The notes beneath the pieces were generated by a model that saw only the letters and a list, made by a program, of their open reading frames with translations, had not been told where the DNA came from and ran no database searches. Below, one piece after another: positions 1-12,917 of a DNA stretch of 45,876 nt; the stretch's first letter is position 1; every line of letters begins with the position of its first letter. The stretch lies in the NCBI RefSeq assembly GCF_006345805.1, contig NW_021834678.1, forward strand, positions 1-45,876, in the 5' to 3' direction. The position numbers and the translations under genes were made by a program. This DNA comes from Octopus sinensis. Lineage: Eukaryota.

Positions 1-725
1 GCAAATTCTTGAATGTGATTGGCTTGTAGAATGCTATGAGAAAACATTAGTAGATGGATTAGTTAACTAAACAGTTAAAAAATATTCCCCCCTCCCGTAA
101 CAAAATTTGATGCAATTTTGAAAGGGTAACAGGTGCTACCCAGCTCTAATCCTAGAGTTAACATAAGTTACGTAAAGCACAGGGTAAAAATATATATATA
201 TATACGCATACATGTATATGTATACATACCTGTATTCATATATATACGTATATATACACACACACATATGTAGGTATTTATACATTATATATATGTATAT
301 ATATGTATTATGTATCATATATAAATATATATACATATATATATGAGGGTTATATATCTATACATAGGGGGGGAGTGTATGCAATCACGTGAATATGTTT
401 ATATGTATATTTATAAACACGCTCGCACACACACACATATTTTGGGAGAGATTAAAAGAGAGTAAGAAAGAGAGAAAGAGAGTAAGAGATAGAGAAAGTA
501 AGAAAAGGGGATAGAGTAAGAGTGAGAAAGAGAGCGAGTAAGAGAGAGAGTGTGTAAGAGACAGACAGACAGAGAGACAAACAAACGCATGCATACACAA
601 ACATATATGCACACATACGTATATTCACATATATATACCTATATGCATGCATACATACTTACACTTATACATACATACAACTCGCACTACAAACATGCAT
701 ACATACATTCGAACAATGAGTTTAG

Positions 726-820
726 TTATATACATTCAAAAGTACTCTATGGGAGACCCTAAGATCCCATGGGTTACTGTTACTATACAAACCTATACAT
801 TTTCAAATGCGACCGAAAAG
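726..820 (+). other. Candidate exon 1 of a putative + strand spliced transcript (5' boundary uncertain)
   Basis: Consensus donor AAG|gtaagt at 820/821. Upstream acceptor is weak (tttag at 725). One frame ends ATG CGA CCG AAA AG (MRPKR), in phase with the next candidate exon. Confidence 0.3.
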
Positions 821-1667
821 GTAAGTATGATCAAAAGACAATGGCCACCCAAATGTGTAGTGTTTTATACGTCGGTGCGCTATTGTCTTATGAATATGTA
901 AGTTGTTTCATTCAAATAAAGTGACGTCATGTAAAGGGATATGTATTCCACTATGGTAACTTAGGGCCTTGGAGCTAGTATTTACAAGAATAGGCTGTTA
1001 TCTATACAATAGTATTTCGAAAGCGGGACATATTTGCCCAATTCTAAGGTATTTCATAGAGGTATTTATATAGATATGTGGTTTGCATGTATGTATGCAG
1101 GTATGTATGTATGTATGTATGTATGTATGTATGTATGTACGTACGTATGTATGTATGTATGGATGGATGGATGGATGGATGGATGGATGGATGTGTGTTA
1201 GCGTATCGATGGATGTGTGTGAGCGTATTGATGGATGTGTATGTAGCGATGTATGGATATAAGTAATTGATGAATCGTTATTTGGATGAATGCTTGCATG
1301 TATGTCTATGCGTGCCTTTATGTGTGTATTCGTATGTATGTAGTAATGTAAGTGTGAATATGAAAATGCATGCACGTGTTTGTATGTATATCGTTGGTTT
1401 TAGTTTTCAAATTTCCCATCGATGGGTTTCATTGGGGTGTAGACAACATCCAAGAAGGTTTTTGTATTATATGTATAAGCTTGAGTGCACGTATGGCTGT
1501 ATGGATATCCACACGTACTTAGGCATGAATAAGCAGGCAATGGTAGCATTGCATATGTGGTTCATATTACCAGCCGAATTTCGTAATGGTTTTACATATT
1601 CTGACAATACCTATGACAGCATGCAGCTATAGTCTTTTGATTAGCTGTGTTCTTTCTGGTTTTGCAG

Positions 1668-1749
1668 AAAGCAGCTTCACAAGGCAGGTACTGAAGCAAT
1701 AAATCACACAGCAAAGCGTTCTAATAATTATAAGCAGAAACCTAAAGTT
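1668..1749 (+). other. Candidate internal exon (82 nt; KQLHKAGTEAINHTAKRSNNYKQKPKV)
   Basis: Acceptor gtgttctttctggttttgcag, donor GTT|gtaagt. Only one frame is open across the full length. An alternative donor CAG|gtactg lies at 1687. Confidence 0.4.
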
Positions 1750-2293
1750 GTAAGTATGTATGAAGTAACTGCTTATTTCTCATCAATCCAGCAGAGATGG
1801 TCTGTTTTCTACAATTCTTTAACAATATGTTGTGATCTACTGGGCCATTAAATTTAAATTATCAATTGTACGTTTGCACTTATATATTAATACATGGATA
1901 TATGTATGTAAGTATGTATGTATGTATTATGTATTGTATGTATGTATGTATGTATGTATGTATGGTATGTATGTTGTATGGGTGGTGTATGTATGTATGT
2001 ATGTATGTATGTATGTATGTATGTATGTATGTATGTGTGTATGTATGTATGTATGTATAATATATATATACATATATACATATATATATATATTAATATT
2101 ATATATATTATATATATATATAGAGAGAGAGGAGAGAGAGAGAGAGAGATAGATAGAAGATAGATAGATACATGGATAGATATATGAATGTATTTATATA
2201 TATATATACACTTAAAATATATGGATGCAAACATAGTTATATGCATGTAGCTTACACAAACACAAGCACTCACACACACACGTATATATATAA

Positions 2294-2364
<71 letters not shown>

Positions 2365-2405
2365 CACAACACACATACACACACACACAAACACCACACA
2401 CACAA

Positions 2406-2454
<49 letters not shown>

Positions 2455-2468
2455 AATACACACACACA

Positions 2469-2499
<31 letters not shown>

Positions 2500-2611
2500 A
2501 AAACACACACACACATAAATTATACACTGATAGAGTATACATATATCCTCACAAAATCAGTATATTTATAACACAACATCAACCCATTGTCTATAGTCAA
2601 TCTTCATTTAG

Positions 2612-2729
2612 GCGGCTATACCTGCATTTAAAACTAGCGTTCAGACACAAATTCGACTTAAGCACGAGTTTTATGTACCCATTTTCTTATGTCATGCGCA
2701 TAAGATATCGACATGTACGTATACCACTG
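2612..2729 (+). other. Candidate internal exon (118 nt; AAIPAFKTSVQTQIRLKHEFYVPIFLCHAHKISTCTYTT, second frame also open)
   Basis: Acceptor tcaatcttcatttag|G, donor CTG|gtaagt. The phase-0 start matches the end of 1668-1749. Confidence 0.4.
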
Positions 2730-2894
2730 GTAAGTACTAAACAGGATTCAAATAATAGCGCACCTAAGTAATCATCATTCACGAAGTTATAGATAAATAT
2801 ACATTCAATTTTCGTCATACACTACACATCCCAACTTATGCGCTGGCCCACACTTGAATATAATTATGTGAACCCATACTAGTGCACACAATAT

Positions 2895-3128
2895 GTCTGC
2901 ATGTGTTCCTTAACGCATATATGTAATTTTCTTGTCATGTTTCGTATGTAGGATGCGTCACATTTGCCACAAATGATCTCATATACAGCGTAGGTCCTCT
3001 GGCACAATTCAGGGTCATCGATGGAGCAGTTCGATAATGTGCACTCCTCGGAGAAGTGAGCGGTGTTGTTCTTGGAGAGAGACTTTTTTCAGGGAAGGGC
3101 CGGTGTGCACTATCTGTATGTCGAGGCC
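2895..3128 (-). mobile_element. Inverted partial copy of the adjacent PLE GIY-YIG region
   Basis: The reverse complement (cacttctccgaggagtgcacattatcgaactgctcc...atatgagatcatttgtggcaaatgtgacgcatcctacata) aligns with 3478-3702 at roughly 75-80% identity by eye. Confidence 0.85.
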
Positions 3129-3219
3129 TTCTCTGCGACCTGCGTGTATTTTATGTAGTATGTAAGTGTGAGTATGAAAATTGTTGTTTGTGTTTGTATG
3201 TATATGTTTTATATGTGCA

Positions 3220-4110
3220 AAATCGAGATTGCATGTATCAGCAACAATTGCAGCAACGTGACCGAAAACGCCGTCAACATCAAATAGTTCCTCAGAGACC
3301 TAACACTGAATGACTACCCACCATCTTTAGCTGCATAACGGCGCCTAAAGAACATCATGGTCAATAAAACCCGGAAGAACCATCATACTCTCAAGTCTGA
3401 CACGTGTTTCCTAACGCTACCACACTTTGATGACAGAACTACTGCAGCGATACAACACGCAGTCCGCTGGGAAAAACACGACATACAGATAGTACACACC
3501 GGCCCTTCCCTGAGAAAAGCTCTGTCCAAGAAAATTTCTCACTTCTCTGAGGAGTGCACATTGTCGAACTGCCTTATCAATGATTCTGAATTGTACCAGA
3601 GGAAGTATATTATATATGAGATCATCTGTGGCAAATGTGGTGCATCCTACATAGGAAGCGCGACAAGAAAACTGCATGTAAGCATTAAAGAGCACACGCA
3701 GGTAGACACTTCCGTGAAGAAACACCTACGGAAATGCCAGACCCGGGAATTCACAGTGGACATCAAGGCAAACAGCAGAACAGGGGCAACCTTATAATCT
3801 ATGAGGCCTCCTCATACACGAAAAAAACCCCACGAAATCGACAAGAGAAGAGAGTTACAGGAAGCTAGCTGGTTGCTGTAGCAACACCTTCTCTCGCAGG
3901 TACACTACACCCACGCTCACAAACACGCACATAGGCAGCATTCGTCTGTTTGTTGAAAAGGGGCTCATAACCTCAAAATATTGAATACAAGGTAAGTCTA
4001 CATTAATTCACATATTTGTTTTCTTGAGATTTACCCTGCATTTACTTCGCATTGTTTTGGCCTTTCCCACGATCCTTTATACAATATATTCTACAAAATG
4101 CTTCATCGTA
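3220..4110 (+). mobile_element. Penelope-like retroelement 3' fragment: GIY-YIG endonuclease plus terminal repeat
   Basis: ORF 3357-3797 contains IIYEIICGKCGASYIGSATRKLHVSIKEH (GIY-YIG with CxxC), preceded by LTLNDYPP. It is followed by frameshifted YEA...KP..REEL, a 3' UTR and a decayed hammerhead-like tract near 3950-3985. Confidence 0.85.
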
Positions 4111-5211
4111 ATTATTCCATTATATATAGATGTATGTATGAATGTATGTACGTATATATCAATACACACATACTTACACACATACACACATACATATATA
4201 CATACATACATACATACATACATGCATACATACATACATACATGCATACATACATACATACATACATACATGCATACATATGAAATTGAATTACTGACAA
4301 AGGAACCGGAAATTATGCAATGGTCTTCATTAGATTACAACTGTTTCTGCTCTAAGATGTTCTGCATTCAGATCTGAGTACTGTGTATCCAACTAACTGT
4401 TTATTCTGAAGCATATGTATATATTTTCACACCAGATTATTAGTATTACTGTACCTAAGCGAAATATAAATACGATATATAAATATATGTGCATTTTATT
4501 GTCTGTATTCAGAAACACACATGCGTGTTTGTGTGTGTGCGTGCATGTGCATGCGTATCTTTATGTGCATTTGTGTGTGTGCGTACGTGTGTGTGAAGCT
4601 GTGTGTGACTGTGTGTGTGTTAATCTCATTCTTTTCGACGGACAAATATGCTAAAGCATAAACGAATGTGTTCACACCACAAACATGCATGCTCGCACTT
4701 ACCTACATAATACATTCATACCCACACGCGCGCGCACACACATACGGACATTACACATACACGCACTCCTTAACTCACTCACACACGTATCTATGCACAT
4801 ACACGCGCTCACACTAACGTATTCATACATGATCACTGCTTATTTTGGTCTGGTGAACTAAAGTCTTTTCCTTGCTCTAAGGAATCTGCGACCGCAAGTC
4901 TCCAAACGCTACACCAACGTAACAAAAACAACAACAACAACAACAACAACAAGAAAAAGAAGATGGAGAATAAATAAATAAATATTCCTATGCATGACTA
5001 CATGTAATTTTTGTAGTTGTTAGTGTTGTTCTTCTTGATGTCGTTTTTGCTTTCGTTTTTCGTGTTCTAGTGTTTTGGTTAATGGTTTTCTTGCAAAAGA
5101 ATTTCGGCAGCTTGTCCAACATCAAAATCGTAAAGATTATATATGTGCATGCGTGTTCCTGCCTGTGTGTATGGGTGTGTGTGTGCGTGCGTGTGTGTGT
5201 GTGTGCGTGCA

Positions 5212-5255
<44 letters not shown>

Positions 5256-5714
5256 TGTGTGTGTGTGTGTGATTAAGTCAAACCATCATCTATATTTAAA
5301 GATCTATTGATATTTCTATATTTCCAATCTTGGTTTTCTGCTCATGCGTAGCCGCTGCCTACTTTGGGCAAGTTTTCATGCTAAAATGCTACTTTGGGTA
5401 GAAATTTCTGCTTTGCTTGCTTCACTGCTTCACTGTTTATTTGTTTGCTTGATTGATTTATTGCTGTTGTTGTTTGTTGTTGTCGTTTAGCCCCAGGTCA
5501 AGCCTGATCTAACAGCGCTATGATCAAATGCATTCCAGCCGACACAAACACGTCATAGTTTTTTTTTTTTATTTCCCTATAAAGATGGGACACGTCACAC
5601 CACGCGTCCTTTCTTTAATATTGCAAAATATAATTGGGAAAAACTAGTTATATAGCTGTTAAGCTGTTATGTCTAGCAAATCGATTGACCACGTATTAAT
5701 GCCCTTGCTGGGTC

Positions 5715-5745
<31 letters not shown>

Positions 5746-5804
5746 TAGTCGTTAGCGTTGCTTTAGCTTGGGTTGATAGTGCTATGCGGAGAACATCGGA
5801 AACA

Positions 5805-5935
5805 TTCATACCTCTGCAGCTCTCGATCTCCGAAATCATGAAAGACAAAGCTGTCCTCGGCAGGATATGAACTCAGAGCATAGAGAGCCGGAACGAATGT
5901 CAGAAAATATCCGATGTTCTTACGGCATTTGCAAA
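5805..5935 (-). mobile_element. Diverged SINE family D fragment
   Basis: tcgatctccgaaatcatgaaagacaaagctgtcctcggcaggatatgaactcag matches the family D core seen at 27050-27176 and 35280-35408. Confidence 0.6.
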
Positions 5936-6707
5936 TTACCCGCTCATCAGAGACGTCATAATACTGGGGAAATAAAAGAAAGGGGCGAAAAACGGAAGAG
6001 AAAGAATATAAAAGAAATAGCGACATTCACAGAAAAGCTAATGCAATAGTAAGTCGAAACAACAACAGAAGAAAAGCGAAAGAGAAAGAGGCGGGAAAAC
6101 AAAATAAAGAAAAAAGGAAAAGCTACACCTATATAGAACAGAATAGAGAAGAGTAAATCTGGCTTCACGTCCAGGATGGAGCAATTTGATTCCATGTACG
6201 TTTCCAGCAATCTCCCTACATGACTATAAAATGTCCACGTTAACACGTTACATCGTAATGTAACCTTGTGTACGTATACGCGTATATGAATCTATGTCTG
6301 TTTCTGTATGTATGTGAGTGTATAAGCACATACATTACATATACGTGTGTATATGTAATGTATCGATGCATACAAAACGTATATGTGTGTGTGTGTCCCT
6401 GGGCGTAGATAAGAGTAGACGTATGCGTGTATAATCACAGACATATATCTCAATATTTGCCGCACAATTTAAATTTAAATCGCATCATGTATTTTAAATT
6501 TATACATATATGTGTATGTGTGTGTGTGTGCGTGTGTGTATGTCTCTGTGTGTGTGTTTGCATATGTGTGTATCTATGTATAAAAATACACACAGACACA
6601 CATATACACACACATAGATACACACATACGCACACACACATAGATACAAACACGCGCACACACATACATATATACACACATACACACACATATATATGCA
6701 TGCACAA

Positions 6708-6744
<37 letters not shown>

Positions 6745-7025
6745 ATATATATATAGATATATGCACGCACACAAACATACACGCACACACACACAAACAA
6801 GCCAGTTCATGGACCGCTGGTACATGAAGTTTGTTAACGTGTGATGTAGTGAATAAAGTAAGCAAAAATTTTCTTTATAAATGGTAGCTTTCTTTTTAAG
6901 TTGCTGATACAATTGCAAAAACATCTCGAGAATTCTTATCGTCTTTTCAAATAAGGAGACAATTTCAGAAACAAAAATAAAGCGAATAAAATATTTTCAC
7001 CAAATTAATTTCACGTGTTTTGCAG

Positions 7026-7047
7026 GAAATCTGATATTTGATTGCAG
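7026..7047 (+). other. Candidate 22-nt microexon ((G)NLIFDC)
   Basis: ttcacgtgttttgcag|GAAATCTGATATTTGATTGCAG|gtaaga. The only open frame needs phase 1 in and phase 2 out, matching its neighbours. Confidence 0.4.
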
Positions 7048-7364
7048 GTAAGAGAAACGCTACAGACCTGTTTCGGGTGACGGCTATCGACATGATTCGT
7101 GATATATCTACCGACATGTTTCTGTATAATCGACTCTCGTTATCGAAGATTAATCGAACTTCAAATTGTTTGATCAGCTGATATAGGTTGTTAGTTTGTC
7201 TGTTAAAAAAGACCAAATTAATTTTCTGAAATTAGTTCTTTTTCTGTCTTCTATTTTTTTCCCCTTTTCTCATTCTTTATTTAAATCTTTTTTTTTTAAC
7301 AATTACGGCTAACTTTTTATCGCTTTCTACAAATAAGTGATGATTTTCTGTTGTTTGGTAACAG

Positions 7365-7491
7365 CTTAGTGAGTTTATTCAGTACATCTTCTCTAAGTGA
7401 AACATTTACAAGTGAACTCAATCCGAATGTGCACGAATGGAGCGAAACTTACGGAAACATGCAATGGTTTCTAATAAACAACATTTCTTAA
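7365..7491 (+). other. Candidate terminal exon (LVSLFSTSSLSETFTSELNPNVHEWSETYGNMQWFLINNIS*)
   Basis: Acceptor gattttctgttgtttggtaacag. The phase-2 frame is open to TAA at 7489-7491. AATAAA at 7473-7478. Confidence 0.25.
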
Positions 7492-7527
7492 TATGTATTA
7501 TTTTGTCTTTGAAAATGAAAAAAATTC

Positions 7528-7940
7528 AGGAGTGGCTGTGTGGTAAGTAGCTTGCTTACCAACCACATGGTTCCGGGTTCAGTCCCACTGCGTGGCATTT
7601 TGGGCAAGTGTCTTCTGCTATAGCCTAGGGCCGGCCAAAGCCTTGTGAGTGGATTTGGTAGACGGAAACTGAAAGAAGCCTGTCGTATATATGTATATAT
7701 ATGTATGTATGTGTATGTTTGTGTTTCTGTGTTTGTCCCCCTAGCATTGCTTGACAACCGATGCTGTGTGTGTTTACGTCCCCGTCACTTAGCGGTTCGG
7801 CAAAAGAGACCGATAGAATAAGTACTGGGCTTACAAAGAATAAGTCCTGGGGTCGATTTGCTCGACTAAAGGCGGTGCCCCAGCATGGCCCCAGTCAAAT
7901 GACTGAAACAAGTAAAAGAGTAAAAGAGAGTAAAGAGTAA
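7528..7940 (+). mobile_element. tRNA-type SINE family A, full length
   Basis: Head ggagtggctgtgtggtaagtagc...ggttcagtccc (A/B-box-like), internal (TA/TG)n and 3' (gtaaaaga)n tail. Near-identical copies at 22105 and 28388. Confidence 0.9.
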
Positions 7941-8199
7941 TATTCAAATACGCACATACGCATATATACGGGCGAATATATGTGTGTATGTGTGTGCATA
8001 TATATATAAAGAGATAGTGCGAGAACGATGAGGATAGTTCGATAGATAAATATATGTGTGTGTGTGGTGTGGTGTGGTGCGGTGTGGTGAGTAGGTGTGT
8101 GTATACTCCAAGATTTTCTGCTTCGTTACGTGGATACCTAAAAATCTAATATGGATCTTCAAGGGTCATATGCACCCCGGTTCAGAACCACTGATGTAC

Positions 8200-8690
8200 A
8201 TTCATACATACATGAGATCTGTCGAAAGAAGAAACCGAGTACAATGAAATCAGAACCCACAGTATGGTGGAAGCCATAGCCACTCATAATAAATAGGAGT
8301 ATTGGTGGAATGACCCAGTAAAAACCTGAATAAAATGTAAGCACAACAGGCCTGATATAAGGATTTGGGATAGAGAAGAGAAATTGTACAGTTGTGGAAA
8401 TTAGCTGCCCGGCGGGAATGAACATAAAGCATAAGATCAGTGAAAAAGAGAATACCTACGCTGAACTATTGAGAAATATGCAGTTATTCTATCCAGATTA
8501 CAAGTTCACGTTTATACCTGTAACTAGTGGGGCACTGGGATATGTAACACACTGCTTAAATAGCAATCTTGAGAGTTTAGGCTTCTCAAATCCAGAAAGG
8601 AGAAAGCTGATTTGAAGACGACAAATCTAAACTATCACAGGAATTGTAAACATTTGCAAAACATTCAAGAAGCTAGACGTTCATCATTTA
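8200..8690 (+). mobile_element. Decayed 3' fragment of an RLE-type (R4/NeSL-like) non-LTR retrotransposon
   Basis: Translates to YWWNDPVKT*IKCKHNRPDIRIWDREEKL / VVEISCPAGMNIKHKISEKENTYAELL...FIPVTSGALG. This is the PD-(D/E)xK restriction-like endonuclease, with stops and a frameshift. Confidence 0.85.
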
Positions 8691-9121
8691 AGTAGGCGTT
8701 AGGAAGGGCATCCAGCCGTAGAAACCTTGCCAGATCAGACTGGGCCTGGTGCAGCCTTCTGGCTTCCCAGACTCCAGTTGAATATATATATTTATAAATA
8801 AGTATAATACTGATATTTATATATCGATCTTATCTAGTGGCCAGCATGGGAATAAATACCATACAAAGGTAATAATGCTTTAAACTATAAATTAGGGTAT
8901 CTGAGAGATACCACCATGCTGAAATAGCAGTCAAAACCCGGCCCCTAAAACCACCTTGAATGTTCATATCACGTCAGGAGAGAAGACAGAAAGGCAAAAT
9001 AAACTAAAACAAAAAAAAAGATTTTACTGGATAATTCAAGATCCTGGGTTTTTGACTTTGCTTCAGAGAAGCTCTGCCTTCTTCAGTTAAATATACCAGA
9101 AAGCACATAAACACAGATATA

Positions 9122-9168
<47 letters not shown>

Positions 9169-9544
9169 CACAGAACATATGTTATACTTACATACACGAA
9201 CGCCTATACATACATATATATGCACGTATGTACAAGACAAGCCTAAATTGCCCGCCAAAGATCTCCAAGCGTGATATGGTCAAAACAAACACACATATAT
9301 ATATATATATACTTTATTTAAAAGCAGCAGAAATATAACAAGAGCTGTTACTCAGAGTTTTACGTTCCCGTTTGTCACGCCAAGTGTACCTAGATTATGT
9401 GAGATTTACATTACTTTCCAAATTGGGTTCCAGTCGTTTTATCATGTCATCTTTTCATAGTCTTGGAGGCGTTCTGAGTATAGCTTACAGCCATCACTCT
9501 ATATTCGATATGTATAAATATACGTATAAATATATGTCTATGTA

Positions 9545-9586
<42 letters not shown>

Positions 9587-9745
9587 TGTGCTTGTATGCA
9601 GGCTAACACACAAACACACACACACACGCACACGCACACACACACATACTCCCACAAACATATATGTATGTATGTACCTTTATTTACGTATGTATAAATG
9701 TATGAATATAAATATATTTAGCACGTTGAATAAAATAAAGAATTA

Positions 9746-10280
<535 letters not shown>

Positions 10281-10380
10281 CTATATATATATATATGCAT
10301 ATATATATATATGTATGTATATATATATGTATCTATATATATATATCAATATATATATAGATTCACGCAGAGAGAGAGTG

Positions 10381-10430
<50 letters not shown>

Positions 10431-10433
<3 letters not shown>

Positions 10434-10961
10434 TGTTTCTTTATTAGCCACACAGGGCTGCACACAGATAGAACAAATTACAAGGTAGAGCTTTTCTTTT
10501 GAAGGTATTAAAAAAAAAAAAAAAAAAAAAAGAAAGGAAGGGGGAGGTTCGATCAAAAGGGATCGTAAAAGGAGAGAAAGAGGACAAAAATAAGGGGGGT
10601 TAAAAAAAAAAAAAAAAAAAAAAGGTGGGGAGAGGAAAAAAAAATGATCAATAGGATCGTTATCACAGAAATGTCAATATGAAGTGTAAAGGGGAGGACA
10701 GGTGAGGTTTACCCGTGGAAAGAAAAGCCTGCGGAAAAGACCACGGTAACCTCGGTCAATGAAGTCACATTTTATATTTCTTTTTTTTTTTTTTTTTTTG
10801 CAAATAAGCAACTCTCTGTTTTCGATTTCTGGGTTCATAGGACTATGCTCAAGGTGGCTTCGTCATTCATACGTGCCATTCTTGCTACATTCACCCATCT
10901 CTTTTTAAAACATTCGCTAGACAAAACTTGCCTCTCTACTCTCACTTTCCTTTTCAAGTGG
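10431..10961 (-). mobile_element. 5'-truncated L1/Tx1-like LINE 3' end (ORF2 C-terminus plus 3' UTR)
   Basis: 10960-10835 translates HLKRKVRVERQVLSSECFKKRWVNVARMARMNDEATLSIVL*. A ~400 nt UTR follows, ending ctAATAAAgaaacata, with (GATA)n on both sides. The clade call rests on motif resemblance only. Confidence 0.65.
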
Positions 10962-11499
10962 TATAGATAGATAGATAGATAGATAGATAGATGTGTATGT
11001 ATTTAAGGATCCGTGTATAGTTCCGCGCATGTGAGCGAGTGTGTTTGTGTGTGTGTATGTTTGTGAGCACCGCTGAATTTAGTGCGTGAGTGACTGCGTG
11101 AATGCGCACAGTAGCAGCTGTTGAACAGCAAATACAGCAATACAGCAATAGCGGTAGTGGTTGCGGTTGGAGGTGACTTGTGAATGAAAGTGTGAGGCAG
11201 ACGTTGAGTCGTCGTTAGTGAATTGAGAGGTTTAGCGGCGCATTACATATCACACAATATAAGCACATTGACACAGACGGACAGGCAGAGAGGCAGACAG
11301 ACAGACAGACACAAACATACACACATACACACACACGCACACACAGACGAACTCACGCGCGCATCACGTTTATAAACGACTATATAACCCTCTGTTTAGG
11401 ACAACAGTACAAACTTTACATATGTAAGCATGTCTATATACATATATAAAAGAATATATATAGATGCATATACACACGTACATAATATATAAATGTGCA

Positions 11500-11570
<71 letters not shown>

Positions 11571-11899
11571 GCATATATATATACACACACACACACACAT
11601 AAATATATTATATATACATAGAATAATCTGCAACGTCCATATTATATTATATATATATAGATACATATATATACATACGTACGCATATATGCATAGTTAT
11701 GTATTTATGTGTGTATGTATATATATGATGTGTGCATGTGGTATCGCATTGTACTTGATAAGGAAAAGATACGAGCAATGAATGCGGCAAGATTTCGTTG
11801 TTGTATTTCATCCCAAATGGGTGTTTATGCGAATAGATCTCACGAAAGTAACATACACATACACACCCAAGCACACGCAGCCATGCATTCACACACATG

Positions 11900-11900
11900 C

Positions 11901-11980
<80 letters not shown>

Positions 11981-12034
11981 ATGTATATACATATATATAT
12001 ACATATATATATACATACATATATATAATATATA

Positions 12035-12089
<55 letters not shown>

Positions 12090-12278
12090 AATATATATAT
12101 AGATATAAATATATAAATATATACGCACACACAGAGACATGTGTGTGCGTTTCATCGTGTATGTTAACATATATGCATATATACATATTTTACTAACTAT
12201 ATATGTACAAGTATATGGAATATATACATACAGATATATACATACACAAACACATATATATAATTGTATATATATAAA

Positions 12279-12314
<36 letters not shown>

Positions 12315-12315
12315 A

Positions 12316-12347
<32 letters not shown>

Positions 12348-12369
12348 CATTATATATATATATATATAT

Positions 12370-12413
<44 letters not shown>
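11900..12413. repeat. Long imperfect (TA)n tract with a (TC)n insert
   Basis: Directly visible. Confidence 0.95.
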
Positions 12414-12415
<2 letters not shown>

Positions 12416-12513
12416 CCATATGGTTCCGGGTTCAGTCCCACTGCGTGGCACCTGGGCAAGTGCCTTCTACCATGTCAGTGGATTTGGTAGATGCAAGCTG
12501 AAAGTAGACCGTC

Positions 12514-12554
<41 letters not shown>

Positions 12555-12863
12555 GTTAATCCAAACAAGAAAGCACAAAAAAACACAACAACGCGAGGAC
12601 GTGGAACAAATTTAGTATTATTGGACGCTCAGGAAAGAAGGAAAGAAATATTTTTTTTTTAAGTGTCCGTGTTTGTCCCCCCTCCCCCCCCCCCAACATC
12701 GCTTGACAACCGATGCTAGTGTGTTTACGTCCCCGTCACTTAGCGGCAAGAAAGACCGATAAATAGATACTAGGCTACAAAGAATATGTCCTGGGTTCGA
12801 TTTGCTCGACTAAAGGCGCTGCTCCAGCATGGCTGCAGTGAAATGACTGAAACAAATAAGAGA
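12414..12863 (+). mobile_element. SINE family A interrupted by a PLE terminal-repeat fragment at 12552-12652
   Basis: The family A 5' half ends in (TA)n. It is followed by aagttaatccaaacaag...ggacgctcaggaaagaagg (same as 24536), after which the family A 3' half resumes. Confidence 0.85.
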
Positions 12864-12880
12864 AAAAATATATATGCATG

Positions 12881-12917
<37 letters not shown>

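Noticed and set aside
922-929. Perfect CRE palindrome TGACGTCA
   Set aside because: A single 8-mer with no supporting promoter context; it could be chance.
5867-6049. ORF with C..C..H...H spacing resembling a zinc finger
   Set aside because: The 5' part lies in a decayed family D SINE and the spacing does not fit C2H2.
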